From assembly GCA_046563655.1 (NCBI GenBank), contig CM102288.1, positions 1,984,001 through 2,048,000 on the forward strand: a DNA stretch of 64,000 nt. Direction: 5' to 3'. A program made the translations under genes and the position numbers. Under the pieces are notes generated by a model. That model saw nothing but the letters and a program-made list of their open reading frames with translations, had not been told where the DNA came from and made no database searches. This stretch comes from Yuukianura sp. NJ FZ-2021 (lineage: Eukaryota). Below are positions 11,679-25,550 of the stretch, in pieces (the stretch's first letter is position 1; each line of letters begins with the position of its first letter).

Positions 11679-13760
11679 TTATTTATATACTTTGGCTGGG
11701 CAGTTCTTCTTCAGCGATTCCAAATATGTAGTGGCTTCAGTTGAACTTGGAAAGCAAATGGCTTTGCCCGCCCAATCTTCATCATCCGACGCTTGGCGAC
11801 TAAAGACGAAAAAGTCAAATTTTGTCCAGAGTTTGAAAAATTGGGAAAGTTTTTGAAAGTCCATGAATTTAAGTTTGACGCTACACGATTAGTGGTTTAC
11901 CGTTTTCGACGACCAGCTTCCTCGACTTTCATGATTGGGCGTTGCAGATTTCGCAGAAACGGGGAACCAAGGTATGCACCTTGTCTAATTTCAAAATTTC
12001 GAAAGATTTTTTTAGTAAATTCAAAATTTTGTATTTCGGAAAAATTTGTTGAACTGCTACGTTTAAACTGAAAACTTATTGTTCAAATACCATTGGTAAA
12101 TTAAAAGGCAAAATTCATACCGACAAGCATCTAGGTTTCGCATCACGTCACGTAGGTCAGCTTGCAGAAGATGGTCCCATGCCTCACAATTTCAAAAAAG
12201 ACGCAAAATTTCAAAAATACTGAATTTCTGTTTCAAAAGTTTGAAAAATACTAAATGCCATACCTCAGGAAACCCAAGTTTGAAAGGCCTTTCCCAGCGA
12301 TAAACCAATTCAGGTGTAAAAAGTCTCTCAATTGCCACTTCATACTGGTGGTGCTTGTTAATATTTTGACTAAATTTGCCATAACACAGTCCATGAACAA
12401 AGTCTGACACCATCCTACGATCCGCCAAAATTCAAAAACTCAAAGGTCAAATTCCCCTCTCAAGGTCACACTTTCTAAAAATCAAAATTACCATGCAGAA
12501 TCCACTGGCAAGTCGTATTTTCCCCACACAAAAGAGTCGATCGTCCTTGCATAACTTACCGTCAGATCAATCACTGTACTTGAAATACTGAAAACACCAA
12601 AATTTCAAAATTTCGTTTTTTTTTTTAAATTGTGCTTTGGTAAAAACTTACTTTTTCACAATCGCTTTGGTCTGACACACCTTTCCATCTAGAACGAACG
12701 GCGTTGGTTTGACATGTTTGCACCCGAGCAAAGCGGACTTGATTTTTTCAAAATCTTCTTCCGAAATGTCCTTCATTTTTCCCAGGTCGCCTTCTCTGAG
12801 TAAAAAGAAAAATGCTTTCTCCAGTTGCTCTCCAAATATTTCTGGAACAAATTCCTTGGGGCAGTGGGATCTAAAAATGTCAAAGGTCATGCGCATGATC
12901 TGAGCTAAGCGGGTATTCGGTCCCTTTTCGCCTTCGTCAACCAGTAGTCCACTTAAGTACAGAAATAAGCGTTCCGTTTGTTCTTTGACATGTTTATCAT
13001 TGGTTTCTATGCCTGGAATGGTATTTTCCCGCTCTTCGGATGCAGTGTAGCTAGTAGGAGTGTTGTCGGTTTCCTCCGGAACTGGAGCAGTAGTTGGTGT
13101 GAAGCTGAACGCTTCACCTTGACAGCTCAGTCCACACTGCAACGTCTTGTAAGGTTCGACGTTAGCTAAAAACAGAATATTTCGAAAAATTGGTTCAGAT
13201 TTAAAAAAAAAAGGAAATTTTTGAGTTTGTTCAAGTTTAAGATTCTTACTATCTATCGGTTGATCATCACTGCTCATAACAAGGTATTGGAGCTGGAAAA
13301 AATACAGGAGTTGAATATTTAAAAAAAAGTTTCAAAAAGAATTTCGAAATATGGAGCAAATCTCAAACTTTAAAGTTTTTGTTTCGAAGTTAGGTAAGTT
13401 TATATATTAATTGCTCGAAACGGCGTACAACGTATGAGAAAAATACGAAATTTCACTTTTTTAACAAGTTTTTAGTCCTATTTTCAGAAAATTGGCAAAG
13501 TTTACCTTGGGGTAATCCGTTGCTCCAGTGGAATCGTACGAGTACTTTTCGTCGCTGCAAATGTCTACCGTGTACTCTTGCTCCTTTGGATACATGCACT
13601 CTATGTCAATTGGGTCATTAAACCATAAACCTCCTTCACAGTCAGCTTGTTTGACCTTGTATGGTTTATTTTCATGACAAAATTCGAAGTAGGCAGAGGT
13701 CAAAGGTCGCTCGAATACAAAAATCGTCAAAACTACTAAAAAACGGCAAAATGCCGCCAT
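11679..13760 (-). CDS. Orphan secreted protein, 8 exons, ~441 aa, Cys-rich N-terminus and RRKRR site near the C-terminus
   Basis: Exons 13760-13506, 13292-13250, 13165-12652, 12587-12492, 12414-12264, 12182-12121, 11984-11901 and 11799-11679 sum to 1326 nt in one frame. Hydrophobic N-terminus MAAFCRFLVVLTIFVF. One acceptor (before 12182) is an unusual GAG. I recognise no family. Confidence 0.7.
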
Positions 13761-14375
13761 TTTCCAAAAAGTTTCCCGTAGATGGCGTCCCTGCTTCAAA
13801 AATTCTGTGCACCAGTCTTTGGTACAAAAATTGTGTGTACCAGGCTTTAGCACAAAAAAAAAGTGTTCCGAGTTGTGAAACCTGTCTAATAACAATGTAG
13901 GGGAGCTAGGAAGTAAAAAATTAGAGAGTCTGAGCATTGTGACTCTTTTATTAATCAATTACTTTTGTAATTTAATTATTGAATAGGGAAGGGTTGAAGG
14001 TACATTGGCATCTTTAAGTGTCAATTGAGCAGCACAGTTGAAAATACGTACTTAAAGTGGTCTAAACATTGTTCTAACATAAACGTTTGTTCTAAATAGC
14101 TCTATATGGTTGTTCTAAATTTTAAACAATAGACATTTTCTAAGAAATGATGACTTATAAAATTATTATAATAGGATAAACGGAGTTTCGCTCTCTCTCC
14201 AATCATCGTTTATGAGGAAAATTACAATTGGCCATTGTTTTAAGCCAGAGGTATACTGACGGATGTGATGTGACCTGGGTCATGTAACCATGTTTGGTCA
14301 GGGGGGGAGGGGGTTGTTCAGGGTGTTGGCCGTGGGGGGGGGGGGTACAATATTTGGTTCTAAAATGGGGGGGGG

Positions 14376-17300
14376 TTAAGGGATCCTTGGTCCTCTACTG
14401 CTGGTATGATGATGATCTCGTTCAAATCCTTGGTTAGTGTAGTGATGCGGATGCTGATGATGATTTGTTGATGTTGGGCTTCCCTTGGACGTTTTCCTAC
14501 GATTTTTCTTGGAGAGACTTGATTCTGTGGAGTCTTCGTCAGCAGAAGTTCCAAGACCCAAGTCACGTTCCAGTGAAGGTCGTTTGGAACCACCGTTGTT
14601 CATAGTGACGCGTGGAATTGGTAGGAACTCTCTTTTGACAAATTGGCCTTCAATGAAACCAAACTCACGTCGTGCATCAGCCGTCACTCCTCCTCCACCT
14701 AAAATGTCCACAAAAAATTTCTTGTTTTAGCATTCAAGTCCAAAAGTAATTAAATTAGACAGAATTAATTACTAATGGTAGGTGCTATTTCTTTAGTTGC
14801 GTTAGTCAAAACTTGCAATTCTTGACTAAAGCCCAGTTCACAACAATTTTCTAAGTAAAGCCAGCTACACACAACACTCACGCAGGAAATTAAACACAAG
14901 AAATTTTGTTTAAAGTAAAGCTTAGTTCACACCAAATATTGTCTTAAGCCCAGTTTGCACCAAATTCAAAAATTTTGAAAATATATTATTTTATATTATT
15001 ATTTTATTAAATATATTATTATTTTGAACTTACGTTTGGGATCAAGGGCGTCCGGCGTGAGAACAAACGAAAACGGCACCACTTTATCCTTGTTCTTATC
15101 CTTTGGAACTTCCTCCTCCGACAGCGAAGCGCATGAGCCAGGTCCAAACAGCGACAAAAGTACTGGCAGTAGTACAAGACCGTGCAGCGCCGCGATGACA
15201 ATCACCAGAAACACAACTTTGAAAAAAGTGATGAAAATATACGAAGGGGCTACCAGGAGAGCCAAAACTCCCAGAATGGTTGAAAGTGCTCCCTGGACAA
15301 TCGGTAATCCCAGGGAGTAGAGACATGCACGCACTCTTTCCCGCGGAGAATTCTCCCTGCAGCTCATGTACGCGTAGGAGATGTGGGCCGAGAAATCCAC
15401 TGAGAATCCAATACACATGATCAGATTGATCATAGAAATTGCGTCGAGGTTAACGCCCCATAGACTCATGAAGCCAACGACTCCCACTTCGATCGACACA
15501 ATAGAAAAGGCTACCCAGAGAGAACAAAGAAGATTGGGAATGAAGATGAGTGAAACGGCCATCATGATGAGAGCGGCAATCAGGACGCATTGAATTGACG
15601 TTTGACGAATCAGCAGGAACTGATCGAAGAAAATGAAGAAGGGATGGTACACGGTCTGGAAAAAACGCAGAAACAAAAGATTTAGAGAAAAGAATTTGAA
15701 GATGAGGTGTGAAAAATTACACTTTGCATAAAATGTAAAAATAAAAATAGCATTTGACGCAAGGCGAGGCCAAAAACCTTGGAAAGTTGCACCTTTTGTT
15801 AGAAGTTCGTTTCATGAGAAAATTTCCCAAGACTTTTGCGTAGGTTCTTCCAAAAAAAAATTAGATGGACAAATTTTTATGACGATTCTTTGAAAATTAA
15901 TTGGTGATGTCAAGTATAAGTACTGCGTGCAGCATTGCACATATGCATCTCGCCTCTGCTTCATCTTTTCTTTTACAGTTTTTGTTCCTGGTTGTGTGAA
16001 TTTCTTCAACTGTTCCTGATGTAGACGATTACTAATTAGGAATTTAAATTGGTGACGACGTAACTCCATGAATGAATGGCTACAAATCTTTGTTTGAAAT
16101 CAAAATTTAATTTCTGCTAGTCACAAAAGTTGGTTTAAATTGAAAAAGCAAAAGTATGGGGGGTTTCTCTATAGCAATTCCGTCAAGATTTTTTGCTGAT
16201 ATGTAATAAATTGGAATTCAGACAAATTTTTTTCATAAATATTACATTACTTTGTGCAAAATTTGTGAAGTTTTCTTTAAGCTGTGTTTTCAAATTTCAA
16301 GAGCAACTAGTATGTAAATATATTTTTGGAAAAAAACAACTTAAAATTTTGTGAATTACTAAAATTCTGGGAGTGAAACTACTCCTTAGTTTTGGAAGGA
16401 AAAAAAATGAAACTTTGAAATGAGTTTGACCTCAAATATTATCATGCAAATTTGAAACAAAAGTCTGGAAATTTTCAGTTGTTCGGAATTGTGCATTGGC
16501 TATGGGGGGTACGTTCAAAATTTTTGAATAGATTTTCAGCCACTGGCAAAAATTTTGGGTGAACCATTGTGTGAACGTCATTCATCGTCAGTTTGAAGTT
16601 GAAGTTCATTGGTTTTCGTCTAAGCATTTTGGGTCTTTTTAGTTTCAATTTCAAAATTTCAAAAATTTCAAAAAAAAAAAAGTTTCCTAATTCAAAATTT
16701 TTGTTTCAAAAATGTTTCGTTAAATTACATCTAAATGTAGAATCTTACCACATTGAGTCCTTCTTGTGCAGCCGCAATAGCTCTGAGTTCCATGGCCATG
16801 TCCTTTTCATCGTTAGAGTCAGTGATGTTAATGGTTTGGACGATGAATCTTGAGGCATTGATTCTCGTTCTGTCAGCATTGAACTTGACGTCGTCGTAGA
16901 AGGGTGACGAAGGATCAAGGTACGCATCAAACAAAGTGTCCACAAACTCCTTCTCTGTTGTAATGTTATAGTCAAAGAGTCCTTGTGACCTCTCCACGTA
17001 ACCAAGGAATGACCTGAGCCAGGATTCGGTGTACAGTGACCCCAAGTTGGCCCCGTGTTTCCCACGCACCCATTGACTCGCTTCTAATTCGCTTAGCAAC
17101 TTCTCAATCCGTTCTTGCGTCACTACTGAAGAGTAGTCCATTTCTCCACTCACAACGACCTAACATTTTTCAAAAGAACTTTCGTAAATCGTAATTCGTA
17201 TGTCGCAGTTTCATAAATCTTCATAAACATCAACATCTTAAGGTGATTTGGCACTGCGTACTGCTTTAAAACATAAAAAAATGTTATGGGCGTGGATAAT

Positions 17301-20300
17301 AGTGGACCAGCAGCAACAACTGCTGACGTCACCGCCAAAACACTGGAAACCGGTTTGGTTTGAAGTGAACCCGACTTGTTATGGTTAATGACAGAAAGGA
17401 ATACCCGGATGTAGAATTTGAATAAAATTTAATATATTAAAATATTATATAAATTAAGTACCTGGATCCTGTAGGGATACTCTCGGAAGTACATGTCTTC
17501 GCGGTCAAAGAACGTTACGGCATAAGAGTCATAGAGAACCATACGGCGACGTTCTAGGCCTTCCTGGATTTTGGTTGTTCCCCAACAGGCTACACCCAAG
17601 TAGCCCAAAAATACTGCCAGCACAAGTACTTTCACCAGTGGAAAGTTGAGGAATGCTGCCCAGTAGTCTCGGAAGAAGATCATCAACCCGTGATCCGGGT
17701 TGTCTTTGGGGTGAAACGGATCTTCTTTGGTTATTCCTCCAGTACAGAATGCTCTGTGCCAAAATGATTTTGATCCTAGGAGGGAAAATTTGAAATTTTG
17801 AATTTGAAATGAAGTTCATTAGGAAAGTTTTTGCAATTTAGTGACAATGAGGTTTTCTGGAGATGACAAGTGACATTTGACCTTGAGTGAAATACGATCT
17901 TACCTGCCTGTGACCTGGGCGTGGCTTGTCGACAGAAGATGAGGGAATGCTTGTTGTCTTGTTCATGGTAGCCTGCGATGGCAATGGCCCCACCGAAGAA
18001 GAAGATGTGCCACAAGTATGTCGCTACGACGGCGGCTCCCGAGTAGATTGAAAAAATTTGGACGCAGGGAAATGGCGTAATGACACCAACCCAGAATGAC
18101 AACATGTCAGTTATGGAAGTTATGGTGATGGACACTGCTGCTTCGGAGTAACATTCGGCCATGCGTTTAGGAACAGGATCATGGGGGGACGTACGTCGCC
18201 AGGAAGCCAACATTACAAAAGTATCGTCAATACCAATTCCTGTAAAAAAAAAAGAATGAGAAAATTGAAACATGTAAGTTCAAAGCCATTCAAAAATTCT
18301 AGAATTCCAACATACGAGTTTTAATTTTTGAAAATCAGTTCACATGTTGCCGTTTCGGGCTGCATCTAGCTTTTTGAAAAATAGTTGTAACTTGAGGCAG
18401 GAATCAGCATAATTTTTTAAAAACTCTCGCCATTTTTTAATCCAAATGGAATAAAAATCTTCCTTTTAAAGCATTACAAAAAAAATCGTAACTTCAGTGT
18501 AAGCTAACACTCGACTTTCCAAAAAAAGATGAAGTTTAAGTTCAATTTTTCAAAAAGATTGCGTCATTGCAATTTTTTGCGCTTGCAGCATCTTGAAATT
18601 GAATCTTGAACGTGGAAATTCCAAAGGCCAAGATTAATCTTTCTATTCAGCAATTTCAGCACAAACAAAAAATCCCTCCATTGTTTAATACACTTGAAAA
18701 TCCACATCTTCCAAATTCAATTGTACTTTTTTTAGCCTAACCAAAAACTCAAAGACGCACATCGTAGTGTTTAGCAGAAGCAAAAACTTAAATTTATCAT
18801 TTTTATTTTTACTTTTTTTCTTCAAGCCCATAAAAACTTTAGTAAAAACCCCACCATTTTGAATCTTTAAAATTCTCTTTACAGAGTGAAGCATGTGCCC
18901 AAACTCCCAAAAAATGTTACCAAATCATCTCAAAATTTGCGTCAGAATTGAGCAACAAAAGAGATTAAGTTTTTGGCGTTAAGTTATGTGTGTGATGCTT
19001 GATGCTGCTGGTGATGGTGGTGGTATGAGTCAGTTTAAGTGGTACATTTAACACAAAATGAATCAAAAAATCCTTCTTTTTTTTCAAAATCCCATTGTTC
19101 TGACGACACCCCCCTTAATTCTTGTTCTTTTGTAATCCTTTGTCTTTTATAAGAATAAGAGGCCTTAAGTTATTCTAAGGGCTTCCCTCGACCTCTAAGA
19201 AAAACTTGACACTGATGATGCAAAGTTGCATTAGTATTGGTTGACTCATCCAAAAGGGAGAGACCTTGGCCCTTAAATCTCTTTTGTTGTAACCAATTAT
19301 CGATTTTTTTCAATTTTGATTTACTAATCGATCTATCAAAAAATTCTGAAAACATTTCCATCAAAATTTGCATTTTAATTTTCCAAATGCATGATTTACT
19401 AAGTTATTGCGAAGTTATTCATTCAATCATGAGGGGGTTGTACAAATTGTTGCATTTCGCAGACTAATATTTTTATTGAAATTTTTACTAATTGTTGCAC
19501 TTAATTCAACAAAAGTAAAGTAAAATTGCACATAAGAGGCAACAATGAAAATGAAAACCTGGTTTGTTGGTGTTGATTACTAACTTTTGGTTATACTTTT
19601 GTGTAGTGTATGCAATTGTATTTCAAATGAATATATTTTTTTTAAGGAAAACAAGTTTCTTTCTGTGGCCCAGTGCGCCTGACCCAGTTGGAAGCAAGTC
19701 TTAAGGGAAAGTGTAATTCACTTTAACTATTTTTTTACTTTAGTCTGTAGGACCCCCTCATACACTTTAGGTCATCGACACTTTTTTCGTCAAAATGAGC
19801 ACCCCCTGACCCCCCATATCACCAGAACTGACCAATTGACCAAAGGGGTGCACTGGTCTAGACCAGAGGGGGTGCCATGATTGACTTACTAAGAAGCTCA
19901 CCTTTGCTTTATGATCTTTCTTCATCATTCCCCCCTTTTACTTTAAACGTTTTTAATATCAAATGACTGATGATGAATGTTAAAAGTTGGAAAAACAACA
20001 CGAGAGGAGAGGAAAAAGTGTCTTAAGAGGTTTGCTCAAGGCCTTGCAAAATTATTGCCAACTTAATGCCGTTTCCTCACTTGATTCGACAAAATGGAAT
20101 AAAGCAAAAAGCTACCACTACTGCTGCTATTATCTTTTGCAATGGCTTGACTTTGACTCTGGGCGTCCCAAGTGTAGTAGGTGATGATCACTACAAAAAT
20201 TTAGCAATTGGGGTATGTGAATTTGGCAATTGGCGAATACCACAGCCGTTTTTAAAGATGCCAAAGAAAGTCTAAATTTAGAATCCAACGGGCGACACAC

Positions 20301-22126
20301 TTTTGGCGACCTACAGAGTCCACCAGCCTCAAAAACCTCAAGACACACTTCCGAAGTGTCAACAATAGACGATCAAGTGCCAAAATTTTGCCTGTCAGGG
20401 TTAAAAGTTTGCAAATTTTTTGCATATTTGCAAAAATTCTGTAACGTCTAACCGCCTAACAAACATTATTTAACACAAATCCTGCCTGATTACATTTTGA
20501 GAAAACAGTTTTTTTTTTCCTTCCTGACTATCGTCTGTTTTGATTTTTATGAAAATCTTCGTTGCTTTTTTCGCTTACCGAGCATCAAAAATGGAGCCGC
20601 CATGTTGATTCCAATGAATTCTACTCCGCAGTAGCACACAAGTCCGAATGCTGCCAAGCATCCGAGTACTGCCGACACGACGCCCATAATCCCTAGCCAT
20701 GGTTTGGACTTGACCCAGTCTCGCATCATACACGTTCCAACAGTAAAAATGATCATGAGCACTACAGTGACTGAGAAGTATGGAAATACTGAATAAGTAT
20801 TTCTCTCCAGTTCAGTGGCAAGCGTTCGCACAGTAAATTTTGCTACTGAAATTTCTTTCCAAGTGCCTTCCAGCGATTCCAATTTTTTCAAAACCGCTGC
20901 TTCCCAGGCTTCACCTCTGAAAAAATTCAAAAAAAGTTTAAAATTTTGAAGAAAAAATAACATTTCAAGAAAATCATGAAAACTGTAAATAAGAAGAGAA
21001 AGCGTTTTCGAAAAACAAATAGAATCAAAAACAGTTTGAAACAAAAGCAGGATTCGACAAAATTAAGAAAAAAGCAAAATTCCAAAAAATTTGAACTGGC
21101 AAATTTTGTTAAATTTTAAATTTTTTTTTAAATTTTAATTTGTTTAAATACATAAGTTAAATACATAAGAAGTTTACCTTCTGTCTTGCTTTGGTGAGTT
21201 CACTGCTAAAAAGTAGTTAAGCTGAAGAGCGGGTACTGACAAGACAGTAGACACATTAGACACTTTGGTTCCACCGAAGAAGAACGGAAATGCATAGGTT
21301 TTGAATGTTTCTGGATTGAGCATAACTGGAAACGTTAGTGAAATATTTCCAGTTTCAATTTTTTCCATCATCCCATCATGTCCTAATTCCAAAACGTCGT
21401 TTTCATAACAATTATCTTCCCATTTGGCACACAGTGTATCGTAACTAAACGATTCTTCGTCCCAGTCAAACTTCACATCATGCATCACTTTGTCCAGGAC
21501 CAAGATTTCGTCCCAAACGGACTTGCGCAGAAGCGTTCCACCATCCAGAGCGACTATAAACAGCCTAAAAATGACCAAAACATTCATAAAAATTTTTACT
21601 TTGAATTTTCTTGAAAAGCTGAGTTTTTTTTTAAATTTTATGGCACATCATGTCTTGAAAACAAGGAAATAGATTTTAAGTGAAAGTGGACAAATGCGTA
21701 GGTGACCTTCTGTCCATTTTTGTACTGAGAAGGTCACCGCGTATCGTTTTGTCATTTTGTTGTTGTTTACTTTTACAAACTTTGTTTGTTCCGGGGATCT
21801 TACCTAGCAAATCTTCCTGGACGGACGAATCTTGAGGGATTGAAGCGTGCTGAGTAGTTCATTGGAAAGTTGACCTCGACCAATTCTCTTTCGTATTTAC
21901 CGAGACCATCCACAGGGGAAAAGAGATACTCAGGGTCATCTACGTAAATAAACCGCTGAATCCCAGTGCCAAGGAGTAAGGAAATGAAAAACGGAACGAC
22001 CAGGAAGTAGGATGGCCTTTCTCCGATTTTTCTACCGAGCCAACCAAATAACCTGGTCAACATGTTGTCAATAACTTCCAGACCGCAACCTGAAGACGTG
22101 TGAACTTTGCTTCCAGGAGGTTCCAT
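14376..22126 (-). CDS. Ptr: Patched-related / PTCHD3-like sterol-sensing-domain RND membrane protein
   Basis: Exons encode DDPEYLFSPVDG, SKPWLGIMGVVSA, AAPFLMLG|IGIDDTFVMLASW (GxxxDD), YFREYPYRIQV, and SMINLIMCIGFSVDFSAHISYAY...HGLVLLPVLLSLFGP. The last exon (~14699-14376) joins in phase. Confidence 0.93.
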
Positions 22127-24512
22127 GGTTGACTTGAATGGTTGACCTCCAGCAATGCAGTTGACCTGGAGCTGAAGGTCACTTGATGACCTGTGACCTT
22201 GCTGAGATCTTATACCTGAAAACAAGAAATAAATCATGTCATTTTGACGTAAAACTGTTGTCTGGGCAGGATTATAACATAAGCATTTCTGCTCATGCGC
22301 AAAGTGGCTGAAATTTGAGCCGATTTCTGCGCAATTGTAAGAATTTGCATTTGGTGAAGCAAACTTTACGTTTTTTACGCATTTAGTTTCATGTTGCCAT
22401 CCCCATGTCATGTCATCTGTCTTTCGTAAGTGGTAGCTTACTTTTTTTAAGTGTTACATTGCACAGTAGTACTTTGAAACTAACATTTTTCAGGAAGTTA
22501 CTCAATGAAAACCAGGGATCCAAATCCTCGCGCCTTTTCCTCCCTTAATCTTGAAATCACAGTCCTTACCTTAGTTTTTTGACGTGGCGTGTGCAGTGCT
22601 GACGAGGCTTCCCTTAACAACTGGGCAGTACTTGGCAGTACAACTGGGCAGTACTTGACAGTATTTGAGCCTTGACAAGCCTTGACACTTTGAAGCACAA
22701 AGGGACTGTACTGGTCACTACTGCTAAAAGTACACGTCGGCGCAGTAGACGTGATGCCGTGATATGTGCAGATCCTGTTCGTTCGTTGTATGGGTTTAGG
22801 TTAGGTCAAAACGCCAAGGAGAAAGTAGTAGCAAATGATCATCAGATCAGATATACAAAAGTTTTTAACAAACTCGAAAAAAAACTTAAACTTTGACAAG
22901 ATCAAAAAAGAAAACTGAAAAAATGTAAAAATTTGTAGAATGTTGTTAGCTGGGTCATGTCGCTTCGTCGTCAAAAGTTGAAATCAAATGAAGATCAAAG
23001 AAGAGAGACTTGAAGATTAAGAAGATCAAGGCTACTGTTGTGATTGGATCAAATTTTGAAAGTCAAGCGGCCAATCCAAGGACCTCCACTGTTTTTTTAA
23101 GTTTTTAGCAACGAGGGAGACTTGATTGAGGAAGTGACCTCTGAGGTCACTTCAAGATCAGCAACTTTATCACTTTCTTATGGAATTGGACAATTCAATT
23201 TTTCAAAAAGTTTCACAAAAAGTTGAAAAGTAGAAGGCAGTTGACTCAAAAGTTAATTTCACAAGTAAAACCTTGGAGCACCAAAATGTTGCCAATTGGA
23301 GGTCAATTTGTTTAGTCACTTTTCTGGAAATTATGATTAAGGAGTGACGCTATTGGCTGTTAAAGTGTATAGTGGACGTGATTGGCCAAGAGACTTTGTT
23401 AACTCTTTGAAAATCAAGATGTGACTGAACGTAGAGAGATTTTGGTTAGGTTGAAGCTTTTGCATTGCCTTTTGCAGATCCTGTTAAGTACTACTGTGTT
23501 GTGTACACAGAAGGGGTGGAAAGAGGGGGATGAAAATTTTCACCCCCTCAGAAGTACGCACAGCAGGTTTCCAATTTAGTCTGATGCGGTGGGGTTTTCT
23601 GGTGATGTGTTTCAAAATGCTACTTTTAGCACCTTTGGAATAGTAATTGGAAATGACAAGTGCGAATTAGTTGGAAAATTTCAGTTTTTTTTTTAACTTT
23701 TTAAAAAACTTGTTCAAACAACGTTTCGATTCCGGGAAAAATTCATTCATTCACGTTTTCTTGTATTTACTCAACGCCGTTTGGCTTTAAAACTATTTCG
23801 AAACATGTATGATTCGAAGTTTCAAAAGTTAAATGCATAGGAAATGCTTAAAAAAAATTACAAAAAGAAACTTTTTTTTTGAAAACTTGAAATTTTTTTG
23901 AAAAAATTTAAACATAAATGTACAAGGAGAAAACACGGATGACTTTGAGCAGAAATGACTTTGTATTCATTCAAAATATCAAAATGAGTGACCATGTTTT
24001 TTCCTGTACGTGCACACTTTACACGTTGACCTCTCCAAAAGTTAATTTTCAAAAAAATTATAATTAAAAAAGACAATGACACACAATGGGAGAGACAATG
24101 AAATTGTATAGAAATTGAATTCCTAAACTAATGCATCATGTTATCAAAGATAGTGTGAGAATTTAGTACCCTTCAATTCTAAAATCCAATAAACTTTTTC
24201 TCTTAACCTTCTCCTCTAACTTTAATTTTGATAATTTTCATCATTAATTTTGAAGTTATAAAAATTCGAGAGTTGCGAACTTATGATATGTTTGTGTAAA
24301 TAGGGAATTGAGACGTCAGTGGAAAGCCTTTTGGTACGTGTTTCACTAATTGTGGAAATCCAATTGACTTCTCCTTGGCCCAACCAAGAAACCATGAAGT
24401 GGATACAATTAATTATGAACTTTTATTATTACATCAAATACAAAATGCAAAAGTGTAGAGTTAGAACATGTTTTTATGCCTCAGTGATCTCATGTTGCTT
24501 CAACAATACTTT

Positions 24513-25024
24513 TTAGAAGCAACTGCTGAGACTTGTTACTTTGCGGGCCATTCCGACTGAAGCGAGACGCAGGTCACCAGTGTTGGGGTAAACACGAACG
24601 CAGTCTCCGCTGCAATTGAGATCTGGACAAACAGAGATACAAGTTCCGGACGTGTCCACGGACAACGGTTTTCCACGCCACCGCGTCGGTAGATTCCGAC
24701 ACCGTGATCCCTGTTCTATATTTGCTGTGGTGGATTGACCTACAAACGAGGAAACAAGAATTTTTCAACTTTTACTTCCAGAATGTAGTACTGCAAAATG
24801 AAAATTGAAAAAATTTCGAAATAAAAATTTTAACAACTCGAAATTCGGTGTGAATTAAATTTAGTTTTGAACGTACCATTGAAAAACTCCTCGTCGTAAA
24901 AAGTGGCTTTGGGTGGGAGGGATCCGAATTCTTCCAGAAGCGGATCCGGCTTTTTGGCTGCGTTGACCTGGAGGGAAACGCAGATCAAGAGGAATGTTAA
25001 AATTGAATTTTGCACGAAACTCAT
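24513..25024 (-). CDS. Small secreted beta/gamma-crystallin-like (Greek key) protein, 2 exons, ~124 aa
   Basis: Exons 25024-24877 and 24739-24513 (375 nt) give a signal peptide plus ATFYDEEFFNGQSTTANIEQGSRCRNLPTRWRGKPLSVDTSGTCISVCPDLNCSGDCVRVYPNTGDLRLASVGMARKVTSLSSCF. The FY-x4-FxG, CxNLPxxW, NCxG and terminal xSLxxC pattern resembles microbial-type crystallin domains. Confidence 0.7.
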
Positions 25025-25515
25025 TTTGAAATTTCCAAAATTTTGAAATCTGAAAGTCCTAAATTTTGCTGACTAATTTTTTGGTTGTTGGCTGGTCGAA
25101 GGACAGATTGGAAGTGGGATTGAAAGGAGGTGGACGAGATGTTTCAAAAGTAGAACTTTCACCTTACAAGGACATAGGCGGAGTGTTTGACAACCAAATT
25201 CTGAACTGAACATTGTAGGATCGTAAACTGGTTACAAAAGAATTCATCTTCAAAGGAATTTTGGATACAAACAATCAACAACAACATTTCGTGTAAGTGG
25301 GTTTGTTGTTGCTGCAATTTCTACAAATGAGAGCAAAGCAACAAAGAACGACTCAACAAAAAGCTTCCACATGCATCACAAACCAACCCCTGAAGCATAA
25401 ACGGACAGATTATTTATTAATAACAAATAATAAACTAATATTAGATATTGTAGATTGTAGATGACTTTGTGTCATCTGCATCGTGTCACAAAAGCTATCT
25501 TCTCATTCGTCGTGA

Positions 25516-25550
25516 TCATCATCATCATCGTCATCATCATCATCATCATC
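25516..25550. repeat. (ATC)n trinucleotide microsatellite
   Basis: atcatcatcatcatcgtcatcatcatcatcatcatc read directly from the sequence. Confidence 0.85.

Noticed and set aside
14299..14382. G-runs just after the Ptr stop
   Set aside because: Homopolymer tracts are common in this window (also 34694-34737); no specific function is supportable.
15812..16069. 85-aa ORF in a Ptr intron
   Set aside because: No recognisable domain or splice context; probably chance or decayed repeat.
24777..24791. Possible in-frame 15-nt micro-exon (ttgcag|TACTACATTCTGGAA|gtaaaa) in the crystallin-like gene
   Set aside because: It would leave a 37-nt downstream intron and break the FFNGQS motif; direct splicing is simpler.
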